Shown piece after piece: positions 1 to 9,331 of a stretch of DNA of 64,000 nucleotides. The first letter of the stretch is position 1. Each line of letters begins with the position of its first letter. Position numbers and translations under genes: made by a program. The DNA lies in assembly GCA_963675245.1 (NCBI GenBank), contig OY775910.1, forward strand, positions 448,001-512,000, given 5' to 3'. The stretch is from Acholeplasmataceae bacterium. GTDB lineage: Bacteria; Bacillota_I; Bacilli_A; Acholeplasmatales; Acholeplasmataceae. The notes beneath the pieces were generated by a model. The model saw only the letters and a list, made by a program, of their open reading frames with translations. It made no database searches and was not told the origin of the DNA.

Positions 1-2125
1 CTGTTTTTAAATAATATGTATCAAATGTTGCATAAAATATGTCTTTCAGTCTTAGCGATATTAACTTATCCATAAAATCATATGTATCAAATATTACTGT
101 GTCATAATCGATATCTAAAATATTAGAATCTGTAAATTTAGGATATCTCTTTAGATTAATGTTGGGAATATCGTTATAGCCCACTAAATATTTTGCTTCA
201 ATGTTTGATAGCTTATGAATTAATTTTTTTTTGTCTTCACCATTTGCATGTATCAATTGATTTCTTATATCTTTTACTTCTTCATCAAAAAATTTCGTCG
301 TAAAAAAATACCTTAATGCAGCTATTTGCTTAAAACTCTTGCCTAATATAGACCACAACATTATTTGAAAACCCTCATTAAGAACATCTTGTTCTCCTAA
401 ACTTAACTCTTTTCGTCTTATATGTCGAAGATAAATACTCATAAAAGCTGATTTGATAATACCTTTTGTTTCCGTACTATATATTTTAAAAGTTTCATAA
501 GGAATTAATTTGTTGTCAACAAATAGGTAATTTATTATTTTATTTATTTCAATATCTATTTCATTTGATGTAAGTAATTCTACTTCTTTATTAGTTAAAT
601 TATATTTATCTGAAAAATCGTTGTTTTTTATAGCTTCTTTTAATTCAGCGACATCAATCTCGTTCTCTCCAAAATTTCTATCAATATTTGATTTTTCATC
701 AATAAACTCATTATGATTCATTAACTTTCTAAATCCAGATTTGTTTTGATCCTTAATGAGTACAATACCAAAGTCAAAACCCTTTAGTTTTGAAGCTCTT
801 CCTGCTCTCCCTATTAAATTCTTAACACCTAAAGTCTTACTTAATTCCAATCTTTCTACCCAAACAAGATCAAAAGGCATATTAATTCCTTGATATAGTG
901 TAGATGTTGCAATACATACTTTTGATAATCCTAGATTTATAAATTTTTCTATTTTTTTTCTTAAATCCAAAGGCATTGATCCATGATGGATTACTATACC
1001 AAATTTCATTAAACGAAGCAAAAATGAGTCTTTATATCTTGAAACTCCTAATATATCTTTCACTTCTTCTATAAGTTTTAATCCTTCTTCAGTATTTATG
1101 ATTCTGAAATATTTCCTATATTTAAACAAATCTTGTAAGTATTTTTTATTTATAATCTTGCTTTTTGGCATATAAATTAGAATGCTTCGTCCATTAGATA
1201 GTACACGTTCAATAGGATCAAAATGTAATTCCATTTTGTGATTGCCAAGCGCTTCCTTATCTACAGCAAATTGGTAAAATTTATTATCATCATAAGAAAA
1301 ATAAATTTGACCAACATTTCTTTGTTCATAAACTTTTGATTCGTTATCAACATTGAATAAATGATTTCTTGTGATTTGCGCTTCAGGATTAGATATAAAT
1401 GGATGTGCGAATAATATTTTTGAATTTGGAAATTCTTTGTGGAATCTTCTAACTATTCCATCGAAAAGAACTCCCCTGATATTTTTCTCATCAGCTAATT
1501 GTGCTTCATCAAATAGAATTAAATCTAAATTGAATAGATTCTTCAATGAGAAAACAGACTTCGCTCTTTCTGGTGTTAATATGAATATATTTCTCTCCAC
1601 ATTATTCCTGTTGACGAAATCCACATGTTGCAATAAGTTAACTTTTTTAAAATTCAAAGTTTCCTCTAATAAAATTATATACTCATTAATTAACGCTCTC
1701 GATGGTACAATAATAACTACATCATTTAAATACTCGTTAAGTAATTCTCGAAACACGAAAGATTTTCCTACACTCGTGCCACTTGAAAAACTAAACACTT
1801 TATTTTTGTTACTTTTTTCAATTATCTCGACTTGAGTTGGTGTGAATTTTTGATTCATCTTTTTTATAATAGCACTTTTGTTTATTGAAAATATAGTGCT
1901 TTTCAATGTTGTTGGATTAGAATCTTTATAAAACAACCCCATAGCTAAATTTACTTCATCTTCATAAAATTTAAAAAAATCTTCATGGTAATATTTTATT
2001 GAGGATAATATTTCCAACACACCAGACCTTATTGGTCCGTTGTAAAATAAATCTCGAATGCATCTTTTTATGATTTCTTCTAGATTGATACCGTTGTATA
2101 TGTCATTGATTAAACTATTACTCAT
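1..2125 (-). CDS. Ski2-like SF2 helicase, Hachiman HamB-like (3' end runs off the window)
   Basis: Not in the ORF track. Translated by hand from ATG at 2125 (overlaps the upstream stop): MSNSLINDIYNG...FSFSSGTSVGKS (Walker A), IIVPSRALINE (Ia), ILTPER (Ib), LILFDEAQ (II), IHHGSMP, ATSTLYQGINMPF (V), NLIGRAGR (VI). Confidence 0.85.
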   Translation of the reverse strand, partial: MSNSLINDIYNGINLEEIIKRCIRDLFYNGPIRSGVLEILSSIKYYHEDFFKFYEDEVNLAMGLFYKDSNPTTLKSTIFSINKSAIIKKMNQKFTPTQVEIIEKSNKNKVFSFSSGTSVGKSFVFRELLNEYLNDVVIIVPSRALINEYIILLEETLNFKKVNLLQHVDFVNRNNVERNIFILTPERAKSVFSLKNLFNLDLILFDEAQLADEKNIRGVLFDGIVRRFHKEFPNSKILFAHPFISNPEAQITRNHLFNVDNESKVYEQRNVGQIYFSYDDNKFYQFAVDKEALGNHKMELHFDPIERVLSNGRSILIYMPKSKIINKKYLQDLFKYRKYFRIINTEEGLKLIEEVKDILGVSRYKDSFLLRLMKFGIVIHHGSMPLDLRKKIEKFINLGLSKVCIATSTLYQGINMPFDLVWVERLELSKTLGVKNLIGRAGRASKLKGFDFGIVLIKDQNKSGFRKLMNHNEFIDEKSNIDRNFGENEIDVAELKEAIKNNDFSDKYNLTNKEVELLTSNEIDIEINKIINYLFVDNKLIPYETFKIYSTETKGIIKSAFMSIYLRHIRRKELSLGEQDVLNEGFQIMLWSILGKSFKQIAALRYFFTTKFFDEEVKDIRNQLIHANGEDKKKLIHKLSNIEAKYLVGYNDIPNINLKRYPKFTDSNILDIDYDTVIFDTYDFMDKLISLRLKDIFYATFDTYYLKT

Positions 2126-2819
2126 ACAATTTCACCCCTATAAATATGGCTTCTTCGTAATTACATAATATTTTAAAATGTGGATTATCAATTATATTTT
2201 TTATTAGTTTTTCCTCATCATTTGTATGCAACGAAAATCCTGCAATATAGCCTTTATGATCATTCATAAATTCATCAATATTTATCTTTGTAATAAATTT
2301 GTCAATATTTGCCAGTTCCTCTAAATCTTTATTGTCGTTTATAAACCTCTCAATTTGCTCCAATGCTGCCCCATATCCATTGTTATTTGATCTGTATTTT
2401 GATTCGCCAAACATCAATATAGTATTGTTTATGGTGATAAAATCAAATCCTGGGTTTCCCTTTACCTGCTCTTTTATTAATTCTAATAGTGGTAGTGCTT
2501 TATGATGTAATTCGTGTTGAACAGAATAAATACTTTGCGTGCTGACGATATACTCACCAGCTTCTTCTGCTAATGAATTTTTTTCAACTGCTTTTATCTC
2601 TTCACTTATTTTTTCAGCAGTTTTTTTACATCTGCTTGCAAATGATGCTTTCAACCAATCAATTTCTAAACTATTAATCCAAGTTAAATCATTTAAATAC
2701 AATAAAAGTTTGTACACTTCAAACTCTAAGTCGTCTACTAAGACTTCAATATATCTCAATGTAACGTTTTCTTTTATTCCATATTTACTGTTTTGAATAA
2801 TAATATTGCTTTTTATCAA
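2118..2819 (-). CDS. PD-(D/E)XK nuclease, Hachiman HamA-like
   Basis: AGEYIVS...KGNPGFDF...FGESKY nuclease-type motifs; TTG start with GGGGAGGG RBS; coupled to the Ski2-like helicase. Confidence 0.7.
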   Translation of the reverse strand: MIKSNIIIQNSKYGIKENVTLRYIEVLVDDLEFEVYKLLLYLNDLTWINSLEIDWLKASFASRCKKTAEKISEEIKAVEKNSLAEEAGEYIVSTQSIYSVQHELHHKALPLLELIKEQVKGNPGFDFITINNTILMFGESKYRSNNNGYGAALEQIERFINDNKDLEELANIDKFITKINIDEFMNDHKGYIAGFSLHTNDEEKLIKNIIDNPHFKILCNYEEAIFIGVKLYE

Positions 2820-2882
2820 TGATTCGCCCTCCCCAAAAATATTTATTGTAAAACTAGATTTGTATAGATTATTCTTGATAAC

Positions 2883-2911
2883 ATTATATCATTTCTTCAA
2901 TTCTGTATCAA
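2883..2911 (-). promoter_or_regulatory. sigma70/SigA promoter for the Hachiman-like pair
   Basis: TTGATA-17 nt-TATAAT with TGn extension on the minus strand, directly after the MFS stop codon. Confidence 0.65.
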
Positions 2912-2913
2912 AA

Positions 2914-4146
2914 TCATACAAAATTAGTTTTAAAAACTGAAAGTAAATATGTAATCAACATCAAGCATCCAACTAATATAAACATAAACTGATAAGAAAT
3001 ATTATCAGCAATCAATCCCAACAATGGTGCAAATATAATAATAAATATAGACGTCAATTGTGAATCTATTGATAAGACACTTGCTCTTCTATCTGGATCC
3101 GCATGGTCCCCAATCACTTCTACCATTAATGGTTTCCTAATATTTAAGAATACATACATGAATATAAAACCAATGAATGTTATGATTAACTGATTAATAA
3201 ATATGCCTATTACAACCATGGTTATTCCACTTAACGCCCACATCAGGGCATTAATCGTTTCATGATTGCTTAACCTAAGTAGTTTATATGCATTTCTGGA
3301 TACAATCGCACTAATCAAGAATATCACAGCGTACATAATCGCAGAATACACTTCAACATGTTCATCTGCACTTAACTGATTAAATAGTAATAATGTCATA
3401 GGCATAGCGACTAATATTAATTGAATAAAGTCTTTTAATATTTTAAACATCGCTTGATAACTAGATGATCTAAACAATATGCTTCTCATCTCTTTATCTT
3501 TCCATACATAAGCTAATGTATTCTTATTCTCATTTATAAATGATTTCCATTTAAATGAACTTTCTTTTCGTTCATTTAAGAATTTAGGATAAGTCATAAT
3601 TAAAATGATATCCAAAAGATATGGAATAATCGCTAAGAAGAATAAGAATCTTAATTCTGGAATAGCAAGTACAAGATAAATCGTAAATAAACTAGATACC
3701 ATAGAACCTATCATAGAGTAAGATCTTGTTTTACCATAGATCTTACTCTTTTCATCTTTTAGATTCTTCTCATCCATATATTGCATAATCATGGCTTTAT
3801 GCGTACCACTTCTAAATGCTTCTCCTAATCCAAATAAGATCATGGCAATGATAAATACCCAGAATACTGTGCCAATGGCAAATATCACAAAACTTGCAAT
3901 ATAAAAGACAAAACACAAAATGAGTTCTGTCTTCTTACCATACCTGTCAGCAAACACACCTGATGGTATTTCAAATATGTAGATGATTGCTTCTCTGATG
4001 GAATATAATAAACCAATCTGAAAGACACTTAATCCAAATGAATAAAGATAGATTAAGAGTACTGGATCAAAGAAACGTAAGTTCTTAAAGAATCCATAGA
4101 AACCAAATTTAGTTATTTGTGTCGTTGCTTTTTTATCTTCATTCAT
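2914..4146 (-). CDS. MFS transporter
   Basis: About 12 hydrophobic segments; FEIPSGVFADRYGKK motif A; GEAFRSGT. Confidence 0.9.
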   Translation of the reverse strand: MNEDKKATTQITKFGFYGFFKNLRFFDPVLLIYLYSFGLSVFQIGLLYSIREAIIYIFEIPSGVFADRYGKKTELILCFVFYIASFVIFAIGTVFWVFIIAMILFGLGEAFRSGTHKAMIMQYMDEKNLKDEKSKIYGKTRSYSMIGSMVSSLFTIYLVLAIPELRFLFFLAIIPYLLDIILIMTYPKFLNERKESSFKWKSFINENKNTLAYVWKDKEMRSILFRSSSYQAMFKILKDFIQLILVAMPMTLLLFNQLSADEHVEVYSAIMYAVIFLISAIVSRNAYKLLRLSNHETINALMWALSGITMVVIGIFINQLIITFIGFIFMYVFLNIRKPLMVEVIGDHADPDRRASVLSIDSQLTSIFIIIFAPLLGLIADNISYQFMFILVGCLMLITYLLSVFKTNFV

Positions 4147-4180
4147 AAGTCTCGTTTTATTCTACTTCTTAACGAATGTT

Positions 4181-6238
4181 TTAATTGATTAACTTACTCT
4201 CAAGCATAAATAAGTTATTTAATAAAATATAAACGACAAAGTATATTTTGTTAATCAATCTATCCAACTCAGATAAAACAGGTATTGTTTGTTGATGAAT
4301 ATATTTGTTTCTTTCAATTCGAAATTCATTGATTTCTTTAACTGTATTTTCGACTGTTATATATCTATTTCCCATGCTAACAAACAACTCTTTTAAAATC
4401 ATAGTATAGTCATACATTGTGAGATTAATCACCCACTCTTCTAATTCTAATGAAACTTCTTTTTTTATGTTATTTCTAACATATTTTATAATAAATGCTT
4501 CATTTTTATCTAAATTATTTCGAATATAATTAATCATATTAACCATTAGTTTTTCAATACCTTTTAACTGTGGAAACAAAATAAAAGAAAAATCCATTAA
4601 ATCTTTAACAACATTACTATCAACTTGTTTCTTAAAATATCCACAAAGAAACTCGCTTTCTATTAAATGTAGATACCAATCTTTACTTATTTTATTAAGG
4701 CATTCTATTGAATTAACAATATCATTTTCCGACATAAAAGGTAAATTCCAAAATTTGTGATATTCAGATTTAGATATATTGAGTAGTTTTTCTAAAAACA
4801 CTTTTGATAAGTCATCAAAAGCAAAATCTGAATAACTATACTGATTGGTAGTATCTAATTCGATTTGTAATAGTTGTTCGTTTATTTTATTAACAATGAA
4901 TTTTTCTCGCAAATATTGTTGGTACAATTCATCATCAAACAATTCATAAGAATATATGCAATCATTGAACAATAAATCACGTGTGCAACTTTCTAAAGTC
5001 ATTAACCTCATTGTTAGATAATTTTCTAAATCTTGTATAACATCTAAATCATTATGTTTATGTGCATAGTCTAGAAGGTATAACAGACTATCCTGAAAAA
5101 ATTCATGAGCCTTTATTAATTCATTAATAAAATTGTTGCTGTCTATTTTAATTGTACCCTCAATATCATTGTAAACAAAAGATAGATATTTAGAAAGTAA
5201 ATTTTCTCCATTTGTGATTTTTCTATATATATCTTTAGATAAATTTAGGTTTTCAAATAATTCTTCTACGCTGCTAAAAACTTCTTGCGTATAATCTTCA
5301 TTAAATGTATCAATTAAATCTGAAATATTCGAAATAAATCCTTTTTCAATTTTTTCATATTGTTCAACAAAAAATCTTTTCCAATCAAATTGTTCTAAAT
5401 ATTCTTTTCTATTTTTTAAAAGTTTTATCATTAAGCCTCTAGACAATTTATTATCTTCAATATATTTATCTAAATCTATTTTCATCATTGAGAATAGATT
5501 ATATTTAGTTATGTCAATTAATCTTTGGAATTGATAACCCAATTGCCATTTTTTTCTATACTCATCAAAATATTCTAAAATAGAAATGCTTATGTTTAAT
5601 TTATCGGTATTAAAATCTGAAGAATCATAACAATCGTTAATAATTTCCAATATTTCATATAATATACCTGAATGTCTTTTTATTTCGTAATTATAATTTT
5701 CAAACAAGCGTTTTACTACATTGTTATAATCAAAAACATAGAAAAAGATCTCTACTAGATACTTTTTGTATTTGTAGGCATTTTCTTCAACAAATTTGTC
5801 TATTATTGAAAATAAACTACTAAAAAGAAAGCTAGACTCAGCATTAATGTTTCTTGAGGCATCTATTTGTTCTCCATGAACCATTAAATCCACAAGCTTA
5901 ATAACTTGTTGTTTAAACGTTTTATATTTAGAAAAATTAAATTCAATTCCATAAATATTGAAAATGAAATGATAAACAAAATCATGATATTGAAATGACT
6001 TTTCTTTATAAATTAACAATTCATTATATAAAAAATCACTGTTTTTTTTTATTAGAATTTCGTCAAGATCTTTGATAGAATTTTGCAACATATAAAACGT
6101 GGGAAATAAATCAGAACTTTTGTAATACAACTCTATCATTAATAACCCAAGTTCCTCATTGGATATTCTGCGTTTAGTATTTTCCAGAATTCTTTTATAG
6201 TGTTCATCGTAATATTTCCATATAATCGTTTCGTTCAT
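4181..6238 (-). CDS. Large helical protein with putative C-terminal HEPN RNase domain
   Basis: ATG at 6238 with GGAGG RBS at 6245-6249; C-terminal DFSFILFPQLKGIE...EFRIERNKYIH (RxxxxH at 4295-4312); N-terminal ~530 aa unrecognised. Confidence 0.55.
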   Translation of the reverse strand: MNETIIWKYYDEHYKRILENTKRRISNEELGLLMIELYYKSSDLFPTFYMLQNSIKDLDEILIKKNSDFLYNELLIYKEKSFQYHDFVYHFIFNIYGIEFNFSKYKTFKQQVIKLVDLMVHGEQIDASRNINAESSFLFSSLFSIIDKFVEENAYKYKKYLVEIFFYVFDYNNVVKRLFENYNYEIKRHSGILYEILEIINDCYDSSDFNTDKLNISISILEYFDEYRKKWQLGYQFQRLIDITKYNLFSMMKIDLDKYIEDNKLSRGLMIKLLKNRKEYLEQFDWKRFFVEQYEKIEKGFISNISDLIDTFNEDYTQEVFSSVEELFENLNLSKDIYRKITNGENLLSKYLSFVYNDIEGTIKIDSNNFINELIKAHEFFQDSLLYLLDYAHKHNDLDVIQDLENYLTMRLMTLESCTRDLLFNDCIYSYELFDDELYQQYLREKFIVNKINEQLLQIELDTTNQYSYSDFAFDDLSKVFLEKLLNISKSEYHKFWNLPFMSENDIVNSIECLNKISKDWYLHLIESEFLCGYFKKQVDSNVVKDLMDFSFILFPQLKGIEKLMVNMINYIRNNLDKNEAFIIKYVRNNIKKEVSLELEEWVINLTMYDYTMILKELFVSMGNRYITVENTVKEINEFRIERNKYIHQQTIPVLSELDRLINKIYFVVYILLNNLFMLESKLIN

Positions 6239-6276
6239 AATCAACCTCCATACCGTTGACTAACAATTTAAAATTT

Positions 6277-7194
6277 TCATTTATTTGTATTTATAATATC
6301 TAATATTTTACATTCCTTAGCAAGATCACATGCACTTTCATAAGAAATATTTGTTACTCCTTGTGGAATAGTTGTACTGATTTGTGGTAAATCCTTACTA
6401 TTCATTAATTTTACACTTCTAATGCTGTTTTTTAATGAAAAAACAATACCTTGATTTAGAGTATCAATTCCACAATAATTCATCATTTTGTGTAGAGAAA
6501 ACTTCGTTTCAAAATTATTGGTTTTGTTTAACACTTCCACAAATAATTCAAATAAACTAGTACCTTTTTCAGTTGTATATAAGATAACGGAAGATACAAA
6601 TATGTCATATAATAAATTATGAAGTTGTTCATGAGTAAATCTATGAATTCTATTTGCTTTAGTGGTTGTTTTTACCTCAATTTTTTTGGTCTCTGTAATT
6701 TCGATGTCGTGTTTAGAATATGCGTTTTTATGATAGTCATTGAGTATGTTTTTATACCCTTTATTATAAAAATATAAAAGTGTTATTAGTTCTCCTGCTG
6801 TACCTATCTGTATATTGTTAAGATCACCACTTGGTTTTTGAAATAAATTTTGTATTGAAAACATTAGTTCTGAAAAAGTGTCTTCATCAATTGGGTTTTC
6901 AATTTTTTTAAAAACATATTCATAAATAATATCAAAATTATGATCCATATAATCTGTACTATCTTTACAACTAATAAGATGAAAATAGTACTTTTTGTTA
7001 TCATAGTTTAAAACTACATTTTTTTTAATAATAAGATGTTTTGTGTCATAACTAAATTCTATAATCTTTAGGGATGAATTCTTGAAAAGTAAGGTTCTTT
7101 GACCAGATTCGTTAATGCATGGAATAACATTTGCGTTTTGAAGTTCACCTTTTTCAATTTCAGTAATGTATTTATAAATCATAAATAAATTCAT
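6277..7194 (-). CDS. PD-(D/E)XK nuclease, DUF4420-like
   Basis: GTAGELITL...KHDIEITETKKIEVKTT...HRFTHEQL; follows the Z1 gene as in MORC-Z1 systems; start may be 7182. Confidence 0.75.
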   Translation of the reverse strand: MNLFMIYKYITEIEKGELQNANVIPCINESGQRTLLFKNSSLKIIEFSYDTKHLIIKKNVVLNYDNKKYYFHLISCKDSTDYMDHNFDIIYEYVFKKIENPIDEDTFSELMFSIQNLFQKPSGDLNNIQIGTAGELITLLYFYNKGYKNILNDYHKNAYSKHDIEITETKKIEVKTTTKANRIHRFTHEQLHNLLYDIFVSSVILYTTEKGTSLFELFVEVLNKTNNFETKFSLHKMMNYCGIDTLNQGIVFSLKNSIRSVKLMNSKDLPQISTTIPQGVTNISYESACDLAKECKILDIINTNK

Positions 7195-9325
7195 CTCCTG
7201 TTACATATCTAATACTATATTTAGTTAGAGGATTGTTAAACGCCAATAGTGGTATAATTTTTTTTTCCGTTTTGTCTGTGTAAACTAAATGTATCTGTAG
7301 TTGTAATTTATTTTCTAAACCTGTCAAATTTTTATCTCCTGGATACTCTGTTCCAATATCATATCCTTGTGGAAGTTCTTTAATGGAATTTCCCTGAAGA
7401 GATAAGGAACGATACTGACCCGTTTTATATCTCATTATAACTATCTTTATAAGATTTTCTATCATGCCATCTTTTACTTGTTCTAAAATTTTTTTAAATG
7501 GTATAGGTCCTATTACTGAATTTCTTTGAAATTTAAACTTAGAAATGAAATTTTTATATAATTCAGTATATTCACTTGTAATAATCAAATGGTTTTGGGA
7601 ATCATTTAATGCAAATTTTATAATTTCACTTTTGTAGTTTTTTTCTTCAATTAACGATTTTATTATCTCATTGTTATTATATATATCTTTTGCACTAAAT
7701 AGTATAGATTTATCATAAGTATAGCCAGATTTAATCCTTTGCAATGTAATAGTTTTAGAAACAGTTCTTCTGGTTATGATAAGTTTATCATGATCTAATG
7801 AAAAAATTCTTTTGTATTCTTTTAAATTGATTTTAGTTTCTAGAAACTCTGAAACAGACACCCACAAATCACGTTCATTGTCTGCTATTGCAATGAATTT
7901 TTCTTTCAAACTTTTTGTCATATATACTCTGCATACATCAAAGTAGTTGCGTTTATAACCAAACCATCTAGCTCTTTGATACAAAGTATCAATTGCGGAA
8001 ACTTTTGAATCCCTATACATATATGTAACTATTAGGTTAGGAATTGTTACCCCCCTTGACAGCATATTACCACCTACATAAATTTTAAATAGAATATTTT
8101 CATCTTTTTTGCTTTCTTCAATATCTGTCATTCCTTTCGCAGAAGTATTATATTCATAAACCTTATAGAAGTCTAGAGAATTAATTAAGATTCTTATAAT
8201 TGACTCAAAAGAATATTTTACATTAAATTCATTTTCATATATCTTTTGAAAATCTTCAATTATCATAGCATGAAACGGATGATTTGAATGAAATATTATT
8301 TCTTTTAAATCTTCTAAATCATCAGATATTTTTTCAACTATGTTTTTTTGAACTTTTTTTAAGTGTGAAGGGTGAATAAGCATCGAAAATGGTTTGTTAG
8401 GATTTTTTATTTTTTCTATAATGGTACCTAACATAAAATATTTTAATGCGGATTTATAAGAATCAGGTATGGTGAATTTAAAATCATCTGTATCATCAAT
8501 TGTAATTACATGGGGGTTTGACATCAAATCATGAAAAGCGTCTCCACCAGTATAGGATTCTCCTGGTTCAACCAAGACAGCATAATCCGGGCTTAATTCA
8601 TCAAGTGTTGATAAGAGTAAATTAGCCTGTGGTGTAGCAGTGATAAACATCATTGTAATATTTTTAAAACTGAACAATATATCACTTATAACGTCGTGAG
8701 TGATTCCTGCTCTATTGTTTCTACTTTTCATTTTTGGAGCTCCAGGTGTATGTTCGTCACTTTCATCATCAACTATCAAAATCGGAACATCCTTCATTGT
8801 TTCAGCAAAATCAAGAGCTAAATAAAGATTAGTTTGTTTGGAACTAACGTTTTTTAAAACAATTACAATAACTTTGAAACCATCATTAATTAATTTTAAT
8901 ATTTTATCGCATTTTGAATCTTTCAAGACTAAAATTTTCACTTGATAATTGTTATCAAACTCCTGAGATAATCTTGTCAAGTTTTGATCTAATAAATTAT
9001 TTTTTGTCCCTCCAAATAAAAAACAAACGTTATAACCATTATCAAATGCTAAGGCTATTGATGAGATGAAAAATGCAGTTTTCCCGCTTTGTACTTTACC
9101 CAAACATAAAATTTTAGATCTGCTCGTTTCTTTTTTAGGGTCTGCAAAAAAGGAAACTGCTTTTTTTGAATTAGTTTGTATATGTTTTGCTACTTTTTCT
9201 CCTCTGCTATTAATCAGATTTTCTAACATTAGATGATGATGATATCCATCTAAAACAACTGTATTTAGTCTATCATCATTGTCTTCTCTTAAGATATAAT
9301 CAAATTCTACATGTTCTGTCTTCAT
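7172..9325 (-). CDS. Z1-domain SF2 helicase/endonuclease subunit
   Basis: LGKVQSGKT, LIVDDESD, TATPQANLL, YTGG, SMLIHPS, VGGNMLSRGVTIPNL, DTLYQRARWFGY. Confidence 0.9.
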   Translation of the reverse strand: MKTEHVEFDYILREDNDDRLNTVVLDGYHHHLMLENLINSRGEKVAKHIQTNSKKAVSFFADPKKETSRSKILCLGKVQSGKTAFFISSIALAFDNGYNVCFLFGGTKNNLLDQNLTRLSQEFDNNYQVKILVLKDSKCDKILKLINDGFKVIVIVLKNVSSKQTNLYLALDFAETMKDVPILIVDDESDEHTPGAPKMKSRNNRAGITHDVISDILFSFKNITMMFITATPQANLLLSTLDELSPDYAVLVEPGESYTGGDAFHDLMSNPHVITIDDTDDFKFTIPDSYKSALKYFMLGTIIEKIKNPNKPFSMLIHPSHLKKVQKNIVEKISDDLEDLKEIIFHSNHPFHAMIIEDFQKIYENEFNVKYSFESIIRILINSLDFYKVYEYNTSAKGMTDIEESKKDENILFKIYVGGNMLSRGVTIPNLIVTYMYRDSKVSAIDTLYQRARWFGYKRNYFDVCRVYMTKSLKEKFIAIADNERDLWVSVSEFLETKINLKEYKRIFSLDHDKLIITRRTVSKTITLQRIKSGYTYDKSILFSAKDIYNNNEIIKSLIEEKNYKSEIIKFALNDSQNHLIITSEYTELYKNFISKFKFQRNSVIGPIPFKKILEQVKDGMIENLIKIVIMRYKTGQYRSLSLQGNSIKELPQGYDIGTEYPGDKNLTGLENKLQLQIHLVYTDKTEKKIIPLLAFNNPLTKYSIRYVTGDEFIYDL

Positions 9326-9331
9326 TGATAA

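Noticed and set aside
1371..1835. 154-aa plus-strand ORF in the track
   Set aside because: Antisense shadow of the minus-strand helicase, which carries all SF2 motifs; no RBS or recognisable motif.
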